From Octopus sinensis (taxonomy: Eukaryota): 32,903 nt of DNA. Below the pieces are notes generated by a model that saw nothing but the letters and a program-made list of their open reading frames with translations, was not told the origin of the DNA and searched no databases. The translations under genes were made by a program, and so were the position numbers. Location of the stretch: NCBI RefSeq assembly GCF_006345805.1, contig NW_021832773.1, positions 1 to 32,903 of the forward strand, written 5' to 3'. Below are positions 22,975 through 32,903 of the stretch, piece after piece; the stretch's first letter is position 1, and the number at the start of each line of letters is the position of its first letter.

Positions 22975-23961
22975 TACACAATAAAAACTACAAACACCAC
23001 CCACGCAAACATCTCTCCGAAAACACCAACACCAACACAACCAACACAATCACTTTCACCAGAATCCCCCACAGGCAAAGAACCTAAACAGGAAGAGACA
23101 CTCACACAAACATCTACAACTGCAGGAACAGAAGCAACAACACCATCACCACTGCAATCAAGCAAACAAATTAAACAACACCCAATTTCGTACTCATCAG
23201 AAGGGACAACGAGGAACTGAGGGCACTCGTAACACAAAACACGGAATTTGAAAGAGGAGGGGGTGATCATCGAATCGAACACGTTTTGTGTACCAGAAGT
23301 TTTACTTCTGGTGCAAATGTCGCTCGATTCCAACACAAAAATTCGAGAAAGCTTTCCGGAGGACGTGGGAACTGCTAACGTGAGACCCACATCGAAGCCC
23401 ATAAAGGGGTTCCTTAAAAAGACCCCACCAATTATGGAGGTCGAACTACCTAAACTTCACAAGACACCGGAGGTAAGTAAACCTTTCCTTTCTCTTTTTA
23501 GCTTGCCAACCTACTAAGAGTAGGATTTTGTAAGGCCTGGGGTCACCCTGGAAGCAGGGACGCCTGCTCAACGACCTCAGGTCTCTAGAACTGGATATAA
23601 TTGCTGTCAGTGAAACCAGGATGGCCCCCATGTTCGACGACTATCAGATCATTGCATCTATTCGTCGGCCGGGAATGGGAAGTGGAGAGGCAGTACAAAA
23701 TAAAAAAAAAAGAAACATTATTTTCCATTTTTCTGTTAATTTTGTTTCATTTTGAAAAACATAAATTGGTTTCCTAGTTTATTATTGTTTATATGTTGAA
23801 TCACATAAACAGGATGGGCCAAAAGTCAGGCACAAAACCAGTTCAATACGCTCCGGAGTTGTCAGACATACTTCAACTCCTCTAAAATCGATCAAAATAA
23901 GTAAATTCATGATAAATGCAGACAGACTTATAAAGGATGAACAAAATGAATAATAATAATA

Positions 23962-24021
<60 letters not shown>

Positions 24022-24024
<3 letters not shown>

Positions 24025-24423
24025 ATTGAAAATATGAAGCCTGGCATAGTCTTAATTGAGAAAGAAAACAAACTATGCTGGATCATAGATATAGCATGTC
24101 CAGCTGACAACAAGGATAAGGAAGAAAGAAAAGTCGACAGATATGACGGGTTAGCTTGGGAAGTTAAGCAGTTGTGGTATATGAAAAAGGTAGCAGTAGT
24201 ACCAATAATTGTCGGAGCCCTGGGAACAGTGAGCAAAAATCTCGAGAAGTAGGTGGAACAAAAAGGGATGCAATAAGGGTGGAGTACTTGCAGAAAAACA
24301 GCACTGCTTGGAACCGCTCGAATACTCCGGAAGGTGCTCGGAAAATAAGATGTTACCTTAGTTCACTGGAAGTGAACAGCTAACACTGTAGTACATCTCC
24401 AGTATTAGAAGCTGTGCAAAAGC
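24022..24423 (+). mobile_element. 5'-truncated R4/Dong-clade LINE fragment, third subfamily
   Basis: KPGIVLIEKENKLCWIIDIACPAD...ERKVDRYDGLAWEVKQLW...VVPIIVGALGTVSKNLEK*, later TALLGTARILRKVLGK*; (AAT)n on both sides. Confidence 0.82.
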
Positions 24424-24460
<37 letters not shown>

Positions 24461-24468
24461 TAATAATA

Positions 24469-24655
<187 letters not shown>

Positions 24656-24687
24656 TAATAATAATAATAAATAATAATAATAATAAT

Positions 24688-27346
24688 AAATCAACGCTAC
24701 TGAGCAACAAAAAGAGAACAAAAATGCTCCGCAAATATAACATCACAGAAAAAGATTTGCCGGAGATAAAAGAAAAGCTGAAGCAAGATATCCTTGCCAA
24801 AGCTCAAAGGATCCGCCGGTACGAGAAACGCCAACGCTTCTTTGAACAGAACAAAAAGTTCAACTCCAACCCCAAAAAGTTCTACCAAGAACTGGGAAAA
24901 AATAAAATAGAAGTCACTGCAGCACCAACTGCAGAAGAATTGGAAGAATTCTGGAGAGAAATATGGTCGGCGAACGAACAGCCAAAAAAAAGGAGTATGA
25001 AAATAACAAACTCGGCATCTGAACAACTTTGGACCCCCATAACAACTGAAGAGGTCACCCAGGCACTGCAAAAACTAAGCAACTGGAAGGCACCTGGGCA
25101 TGACAAGATCCCCAACTTCTGGTTGAAATATCTAACAGGAATGCACAAAAAGCTGGCTGAAAACTTTAACAGCATACTAGCAGAGCCAGAGACAATGCCT
25201 GAATGGCTCACGAAGGGGAAAACCATCTTAATTCCCAAATCAAATGAAACAGCAAAACCAGAAAACTACAGACCAATAACCTGCCTCCCAACTATGTTCA
25301 AGGCATTTACTGCAGTGATATCGCAAAGGCTGAACAAGCACCTGGACGAAAACAAACTGTTCCCAGAAGAGCAGAAAGGATGCCGCAAAGGCTCATATGG
25401 CTGTAAAGATCAACTAATGATTAATAAAGCCGTAACTGAAGACAGCCACAGAAAGAAGAAAGGCCTCAGTATGGCCTGGATTGACTACAAAAAGGCGTTT
25501 GATAGCATCCCCCACACATGGATCCTCGAAACACTAGCCATTGACAAAGTAGCACCAACAATCATAAAATTCATAGAGCACTCTATGAATAAATGGCAAA
25601 CAGTCCTACACTCCAAACAAAAGAGGGACTCATGAAAACCAAAGACATCCCCATTAGAAGAGGAATATTCCAGGGAGACACGCTCTCTCCACTCCTTTTC
25701 TGCTTGGCACTGTCACCTCTATCTGATATGCTAAATAGAACTGGATGCGGATATAAATGTTATGGCAAAACGATCAGCCACCTTTTATATATGGATGACC
25801 TAAAACTATACGCTGCAAATGACAAACAGCTGGAAACACTATTAAAGACAGTTCATGGATTTACCAAAGAAATAGATATGAAATTTGGATTAGAAAAATG
25901 CGCCAAAGTAACCATGAAAAGAGGAAAACTAGTTAAGAGTAACAACATCACACTAGATAAAACCAATGAAATAAAAGAATTAGACCAAAGCCAACTTACA
26001 AATACTTAGGAATCCATGAACTAGATAAGACACAACACACACAAATGAAAGAGAAAATAAAAAAAGAATATTATAGACGAGTTAGATCAATACTAAAAAC
26101 AGAGCTCAATGCTAAAAACAAGATAATAGGTATCAACACTTTAGCTGTCCCAGTTATAAGTTACAGCTACAATATCCTTAACTGGACACGAAATGAACTG
26201 TCCAAAATAGATAGGAAAACAAGAAAAATACTGACAGGATCTAGGATGCATCACCCAAAATCTGACATAGAAAGACTATATATACAACGTATAGAAGGTG
26301 GTAGAGGCCTTATACAGCTGGAAAACTACTATAAAATAACCACCATAGGACTGCAAAAATATCTACTTCAGAAGGAAGGAAAACTGATCCAGATAGCAGC
26401 AAAACACGAGCAAAACAAAAAACTGTTCTCAGTATTTAAGGAAGCTGACAAATACAAACAAGAAATAATACTACCTAATAAACACGAAGAAGAAGAAGAT
26501 GATGAAGAAACAACAAAAGCTATAAAACAAATGAAATCCAAACTAAAAATAGAACAGCAACGAACCATGATAAAACGATGGCAAGAAAAGCCCCTCCATG
26601 GTAAATACTGCACTAAACTAAACGCAAAAGAAATAGACAAAGAAAAATCCCAGCAATGGTTGAGAAGCTCAGGACTCAAAGCAGAAACAGAGGGATTTTT
26701 AATTGCAGCACAAGACCAAAGCCTCCCCACCAGAAATTACCAAAAACATGTAATGAAAAGAAATATTACAAGCAACTGCAGAATATGTGGAGATGGACAA
26801 GAAACAATAAATCATATTATCTCTAGCTGCCCAGTCCTGGCTAAGAAGGAATATATTCACAGACATGACAGAGTTGGAACCTACATACATTGGAAGCTAT
26901 GCCAACATTATGGAATAACAACAGAAAAAAGATGGTATAGGCACACACCAGAAAAGGTCACAGAAAACGAGAAAGCAACCATACTCTGGGATATGCCGAT
27001 ACACACAGATAGAGAAATTAAGGCCAACAGACCAGATATAGTTGTCAGAGATCATGAAGAAAAAAAATGCTTTCTAATTGATGTATCAATACCGGCAGAT
27101 GACAACGTGTCTCTAAAAGAAATGGAGAAACTCTCAAAATACAAAGACCTGGAAATAGAGGTAACTAGAATGTGGAATCTGAAAACAGAAACAATTCCTA
27201 TCATAGTAGGTGCATTAGGCATGATAAAAAAATATTCAGACAAATACATAACAAAAACACCAGGACTTACAAACACATATAACATACAGAAAATTGCACT
27301 ACTAGGCACTGCACACATCCTACGCAGAACACTTTCCATACAATAA
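24688..27346 (+). pseudogene. RT-CCHC-REL polyprotein of the R4/Dong element, split by two 1-bp deletions (~25610 and ~25993)
   Basis: KAPGHD, NYRPITCLP, EEQKGCRKG, WIDYKKAFDSIPH, RGIFQGDTLSPLLF, LYMDD, FGLEKC, YKYLG, GGRGL, CRICG..ETINHIISSC, RHD, NRPDIV...IDVS...KLSKYKDL. No in-frame stops apart from the two frameshifts. Confidence 0.92.
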
Positions 27347-27443
27347 CCATCAGAGCATCACAACAAATCACAGCACATACCCAAGGCACACAGAGCTGCG
27401 CTCGGTAGTGAAGTGAAAGCACGCTATAAAAATAAAACTACTG
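24689..27443 (+). mobile_element. R4/Dong-clade (RLE-type) non-LTR retrotransposon, 5'-truncated, ~2.75 kb, in (AAT)n
   Basis: Starts immediately after (AAT)n with the frame already open; ~100-bp 3' UTR with AATAAA near 27430 runs into (AAT)n. Confidence 0.92.
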
Positions 27444-27453
27444 AATAATAATA

Positions 27454-27490
<37 letters not shown>

Positions 27491-27532
27491 TAATGATAAT
27501 GATGATGATAATAATAATAATAATAATAATAT

Positions 27533-27565
<33 letters not shown>

Positions 27566-27649
27566 AATGATGATGAAATAATAATAATAATAATAATAAT
27601 AATATAATAATAATAATAATAATAATATAATAATATAATAATAAATAAT

Positions 27650-28191
27650 TGCCCTGGTGCAGTACTAGGCAGTGGCTCTCGTGGCTTCTGATCTTAACTG
27701 ACTGGAAGTGTTATCATGTACATTGTTTTGTTTTGGTATAAAAGATGGGCTACAGCAAATATTCTGCTCAATACCACAGATTTGCTTGTCAGTTGTTTGA
27801 CCTTAACCAGTTGAGCATGTCCCTTAGTGTCTGACGATATGTGCATCTCTGATCATGAGCAGAAGTAGAAGAGGAGCATCATAGCCATGTGTTGAGAGGG
27901 ATTCTTTAGGGCTGGAAATAATTCACCTTTGGAAACCTGAATGTTTCGTTCAACATCCTTAAACAATCCTTATTCGGGGACCTTTTGAGCGGGATGGGCT
28001 ACTCGACCTGAAGAAAATTTTAACTGGGCCCCACCTGCAAGGTCATGTGCTGTTTATCTTGATATGAGATCACCATGTCGCGCACATATGGTTGTGATGC
28101 ATGTGCCTGGTGTACCCTTATCAGACGGGTAGTCATGATGGGTATACTGGGCTATACTGTCACTTTGATGGTATGCACTGCTCTCTCACCC
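27650..28191 (+). mobile_element. ~550-bp non-coding dispersed element embedded in (AAT)n, copy 2
   Basis: gccctggtgcagtactaggcagtggctctc...gcactgctctctcaccc; same ends as copy 1; AAT repeats on both sides. Confidence 0.8.
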
Positions 28192-28258
<67 letters not shown>

Positions 28259-28660
28259 GGCGTAGGAGTGGCTGTGTGGTAAGTAACTTGCTTACCAACT
28301 ACATGGTTCCGGATTCAGTCCCACTGCGTGGCATCTTGGGCGAGTGTCTTCTACTATAGCCTCGGGCCGACCAAAGCATTGTGAGTGGATTTGGTAGACG
28401 GAAACTGAAAGAAGCCCGTCGTATATATGTATATATATATTCGTGTGTGTGTTTGTGTGTCTGTTTGTCCCCCCTCCAACATCGCTTGACAACCGATCCT
28501 GGTGTGTTTACGTCCCCGTAACTTAGCGGTTCGGGAAAAGAGACCGATAGAATAAGTACTAGGCTTACAAAGAATAAGTCTCGGGGTCGATTTGCTCGAC
28601 AAAAGGCGGTGCTCCAGCATGGCCACAGTCAAATGACTGAAACAAGTAAAAGAGTAAAAG
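28259..28660 (+). mobile_element. tRNA-derived SINE family A, full length, in (AAT)n
   Basis: ggcgtaggagtggctgtgtggtaag...ggattcagtccc...short internal (TA)(TG)...gactgaaacaagtaaaagagtaaaag. Confidence 0.88.
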
Positions 28661-28699
28661 AATAATAATAACAATAATAATAATAATAACGTAATTACG

Positions 28700-31600
28700 T
28701 AATATAAATAAAATGTCGAGCGTTTTGGTGCGTGACTTTTCGCCCACCCTGTATGTTGGGGCGCGGAAAGTTTTTAAGCGCTTAGGGCCTCTCTGAGTCT
28801 TAATTCGGTCCTGCCTCCAGGAAACGATTCATTAACACCACCCCCACCAGTAGCCACACCAGCACTCTCAACATCATCATCCTCATCACCACGACCACCA
28901 CCACCAGCAGCGCTATTAGGAGCGCCATCACAAGCGCCAATGCAACCAAATTCACGCAAACACCAACAGACAGAAACCATCCCCCAACAAAAACAAAAAC
29001 GGAAATCACTAACCCCACGGTCATCAATACAAACAATAAAAAGAATAACCTGATGAGCCACAAACACCAGAATACAATTGGTCCTCCGTCGGTTACGACG
29101 ATGACTGTTCTAGTCGATCCGATCAACGAAACAACCGACCCGTGAAATTGAACACTCCACAGACACGTGTACCCTTAACGTAGTCTTCAGAGTGACTCTG
29201 TGTGACACCGAAGGGGACATGGCTGACCCTCTTGAATTATAGGTACTACTCATTTTTGCCGGCTGAGTGGACTGGGGCAACGTGAAATAAAGCCTTTCTC
29301 AGAGACACAAAGCACTGCCGGGAATCGAACTCACGACCTTGCGACAGTGAGCCGAATACCGTTGCCACTAAACCACGTACCTTCAACCCAGAATACAAAC
29401 GTCACAGACAATAATTACATCATATTAACCATCAGCATTCGACCACACAAAAATATTATCCACAGCGGTGGTGCCCCAGCATGGCCGCGGCCTTCGGGCT
29501 AAAACATTTTTAAGGATTTAAGGATTATTTCGCAACACACAGAATTTTAAAGAAACAAAACTCCCCAAAAAGTGGGATAGTTCAGGTTTAATATAAACAA
29601 AAGAATGCCTGAAGAGCAGTTCGCTGAAATTATAAACAAGACCGACAACTCTTGCAAGGTTCATTGGTGCGAGTGCTTCTGGCTGACGAGATACAATATG
29701 TTGAAACAGCAGTATCACAGAATTAAGTGTGTTATGAAAGGGGAAGCTGGTCTCCTGTGATGAACATGACGGCGATGAGCGTATTCACGTTCGAATCTGC
29801 CGGAACGAACAAAGAATAACTATGCAAGCCATCGTATAATAAAAAAAAACTGCTCGTAGAAATACCGACCGTTAACATAAAAGATGAACCATCTGACCCT
29901 ACTTAGAAATAAAGTGACCGATTTCTCACGCCCTCTCGCTACACGGGGCTGTTCTCAGAATAGGCAGTGTAAATACGCATGGCCTAGGGGGAGGGTCACT
30001 CTGGAAGCAGGGATTCCTGCTCAACGACCATACGTCACTAAATACGAATGTGGTGATTATCAGCGAGACCAGAGTTTCTGATCCACAAATCCTCATACAC
30101 ATTTTCTGTGAAGATTTACTTGATTCCATGATGATCGGGAAGGGGTGGCACAACTGCCGCTTTGGTATGGATTTCAAGATGTGGATAATTTTCTCGGTTC
30201 TGAAGGTGTGTTAGTGGCTCTGAATGTAAACAGTATCGAAGGAGCGGGGCCTTCAAATTAATAACTGTTTATTTTCTGACAGGGATGGGGCAGCAGGATT
30301 TCTCCGGGCGATTAGAGGTTTTACTCGAAACGTCCAGCTCTCTAGTACCACTGGGCGCCTGGAACGCCATATTTGATGCACGCTTGGTTTGTCTGAGACT
30401 AGCTGATTGAGAAATTCAAAAGCCTTGCAAACCCTACTCGTGCGTTTCCAACTGTCTGAAAGTTACGAACTGGATTTCCCGAATGTGCCATTGTAGAAGT
30501 GAAAAAACTGCACCGGGTCATCTAGATCTTCACGTGGAAATAAGGGAATTAATGATTGGCTGCACGGCGGGTCGGAAAGTCGCCTGGTTTTGATGATCTC
30601 CCCCCTGAGCTTTACAAGTCTATGCCAGACTTGTTTGGAGGCTTCTTTGGCAGATATCTGCTGCAAGTGGCAGCGAAACGGGAATATTCCTAGTTCAGGG
30701 AGTCGAGAAAGAACCCAAACAAAGATGATCATATAGAAAACTTTTGGCTTGTAACACTGCTAAACGCAGATCTTATAATTTTAGCCAATATTTTAGCAAA
30801 GAGGTTGACGCTTGTCGGTGATTATCGGATAGGTGATGCACAATCACGCGCAATCATACGCCTTCCCGTGTAGATTTATCCACAACCTCCACCTCACGTG
30901 ATGTATCACAGAGAGGGTGGTATGAGTGGGGCCCTGATGAATTTAGATCAAGCAAAAGTTTTTGATATGTTGTCCACCAGTATTTAGAGGCTGTTCTCAC
31001 GTCATTCGGTTTCGGTATCGTCTTCTGCGGTTGGATTTCTGCAATGTACAGCGGCGTCTTCTCTGTAGTTCGGGTGAATGGTCACTTATTGGAACCATAC
31101 TGTATCATGCATTCAATCGATTGAAGTTGTCTTCTCTCGTTTCTTCTATATATAATACCTCTAGAACCACTACTGCGGAAACTGGAGACGTTGAGGGCCG
31201 TCCTGCGCGAACTGAGACGTGGAAGTACCGTGTCGGCATACGAGGACGACGTCACAGTCGTAGTGTCGGAGAAGAGGCACATAAACCTGATCCGCACTGC
31301 TCTATCCGATGCGGTGACCAGAGCAGAGATCAAACAAGAAACGTTTGTGTCCGTGCTGCCCGGCACCTAGGGGAGCACGTCCGTGTCGTCCAACAGCATT
31401 GAGAGACACTGGACGGATGGACCAGAAGAATTGCTCGGGATCTGGTTTGGCCCAGGTCACCAAGGGGAGAAGATCTGAAACGCGGTGACGAATAGAGAGG
31501 ACAGTCTCACCCCGAAATAGGCGGAGAGAAAGTTATTTCTGAGAGATGGAGCAGAGGTGGAGAATGCATACATCACCCCTGTTATATATTGTCATGCCTT

Positions 31601-32100
31601 GCCCTAATTCATGTTTGGCTTAACTGGAGTGCGAACTCATCCGATTGGTCAGACACTTTATTTGTTGTCAACACCCACAGAATGGAAGACTTGGCATGCC
31701 GTAACTGGTAATACGCAGGCGTGCGCAGAAGCTACATCTCCAGTATTCACGTGACGATGAGCAAGTGTGGTCGCCGTCTATCAGACTCACTTTTCCACAG
31801 CTTGTCTCTTTGACAGAGCTGTAGTCTTGGATCAAGCGTAGACCGAAGCGGGGCGCGTGGCACCTAAAGGCAATGTTCGACTTTAGCATTCAATGGAGGT
31901 TTCGTGGTGAGCATGAGCTTCAATGTTCTCGGATGGGTTCTGAGCTTCGATGAGAACCAAATGGCTGGTCCCTTCCGGAGACTTTAGGACTGAGGCCCAT
32001 GGCGAATTTCCAGAAAACTCTGGCCTAGCAGCGCAGCCGAAAGGAATTGCCGGTTTGAAATAAACTCTACAGACACAGGAGTGCCACCGGAGTACCAACG
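28700..32100 (+). mobile_element. Decayed L1/Tx1-like LINE: end of ORF1 and fragmented ORF2 (APE plus RT)
   Basis: Thr-rich segment 28830-29080; SVNTHGL/WKQG.LLND near 29965-30025; KSPGFDDLPPELY ~30577; VTLLNADLIILANILAKRL ~30750; LDQAKVFD ~30943; AYEDDVTV 31236-31259; LLGIWFGP ~31432. Many stops and frameshifts. Confidence 0.8.
29085..29381 (-). mobile_element. tRNA-derived SINE, family C, nested in the Tx1-like LINE
   Basis: Minus strand head ggtacgtggtttagtggcaacggtattcggctc (A box) and GAGTTCGATTCCC (B box, 29320-29332), followed by ccccagtccactcagccggc. The 3' boundary is approximate. Confidence 0.75.
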
Positions 32101-32189
32101 AATAGAGCCGGGCCGGAAGAAATACTGCTGAGCATTTGATCCGGCATGGTAACGAGTTTTTCCAGCTCACCGCCATATATCTACTATTT

Positions 32190-32690
32190 TATCGACCCCG
32201 AAAGAATGAAAGGCAAAGTCGACCTCGGTGGAATTTGAACTCAGAGCGTGTAGAAAAGAATATTGACGGACGAAATACCTATTTCTTTACTACCCACAAG
32301 GGGCTAAACATAGAGGGGACAAACAAGGACAGACAAACGGATTAAGTCGATTATATCGACTACAGTGTGTAACCGGTACTTATTTAATCGACCCCGGAAG
32401 GACGAAAGGCAAAGTCGACCTCGGCGGAATTTGATCTCAGAACGTAGCGGCAGACGAAATACCTATTTCTTTACTACCCACAAGGGGCTAAACACAGAGC
32501 GGACAAACAAGGACAGACAAATAGCTTAAGTCGATTACATCGACCCCAGTGCGTAACTGGTACCTACTTAATCGACCCCGAAGGGATGAAAGGTAAAGTC
32601 AACCTCGGCGGAATTTGAACTCAGAACGTAATGGCAGATAAAATACCGCTAAGTATTTTGTCCAGTGCAGCAACGATTCTGCCAGCCTCA
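32190..32690 (-). mobile_element. Family B SINE with head plus ~184-bp tandem body units; a further family-B head follows at ~32110-32178
   Basis: Head cgattctgccagcc near 32675-32688; B-box copies gaatttgaactcag/gaatttgatctcag at about 32231, 32428 and 32611; units are reverse complements of those at 1424-1792. Confidence 0.85.
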
Positions 32691-32903
32691 TTAGCTATTA
32701 ATTACCGCCTCATATCTATTAATTAAGAACCAATAAATAACGCAGCGATACCTTTCTTTACTACAAACCTTTCAATACGGTTTCAAACGTCGCCGTCGCA
32801 TTTATAGATCGAAAAAGAGCCGACATGTTACATCCGCAAATTGAATTCCCTTCTCTTTTCTCTTTCGTTTTTTCTTCCATTTTTTCTCTCCTTCCTCGTC
32901 TTT

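Larger units (their letters stand above)
20504..23700 (+). mobile_element. Decayed L1/Tx1-like LINE: ORF1 remnants and start of the ORF2 AP endonuclease
   Basis: CAAGATGGCGG start context at 20524; ORF1-like pieces 21394-22330; degenerate zinc knuckle CFR(S)REKSHLAAR(F)P at 22195-22239; Thr/Pro-rich stretch 22975-23230; APE N-terminus GLGSPWKQGRLLNDLRSLELDIIAVSETR at 23534-23620. The 5' boundary is uncertain. Confidence 0.65.

Noticed and set aside
23248-23517. 89-aa ORF and other 60-146 aa ORFs in 28774-32345 as host genes
   Set aside because: They lie within decayed LINE or SINE sequence; the informative RT/APE motifs are in other, broken frames.
24697-27339. Antisense ORFs within the Dong element (24697-25071, 24882-25238, 26368-26730, 27052-27339)
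   Set aside because: Shadows of the A-rich sense ORF with no independent motifs.
27831-27870. CTGACGA hammerhead-like core inside the 550-bp element
   Set aside because: No stem II closed by GAAA and no stem I/III pairing found in either copy.
29300-29381. tRNA-like sequences at SINE heads (also 413, 11783, 17365, 28259, 32690)
   Set aside because: A/B boxes are present but there is no complete cloverleaf or acceptor stem, and each continues into a shared SINE body.

Overview
AT-rich, microsatellite-saturated eukaryotic DNA. The repeat families suggest a cephalopod/octopus genome (inference, no database search). The only host gene I can support is the 3' end of an ERG/FLI1-subfamily ETS factor on the + strand: a 48-nt exon at 1297-1344, missed by the ORF track, spliced to the terminal ETS-domain exon at 2500-3032. 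The remaining ~30 kb is mobile DNA and simple repeats. It holds a 5'-truncated but nearly intact R4/Dong-clade non-LTR retrotransposon (RT, CCHC and restriction-like endonuclease, two 1-bp frameshifts) and five shorter relatives, all abutting (TAA)n tracts. It also holds two copies of a ~550-bp non-coding element embedded in (TAA)n, two decayed L1/Tx1-like LINEs (one with a nested non-autonomous Helitron), three tRNA-derived SINE families (one forming 184-bp head-to-tail arrays), a TIR-bounded MITE, a 107-bp tandem array and several long fold-back palindromes. Several minimal type-I hammerhead-ribozyme-like motifs of the Penelope-associated kind are present, with variant cores. The best leads are the (TAA)n-targeting retroelement guild with a possible non-autonomous partner, the variant hammerheads, and a compact candidate TATA/Inr promoter near 8.4 kb. 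Repeat boundaries were read by eye and are approximate unless stated.
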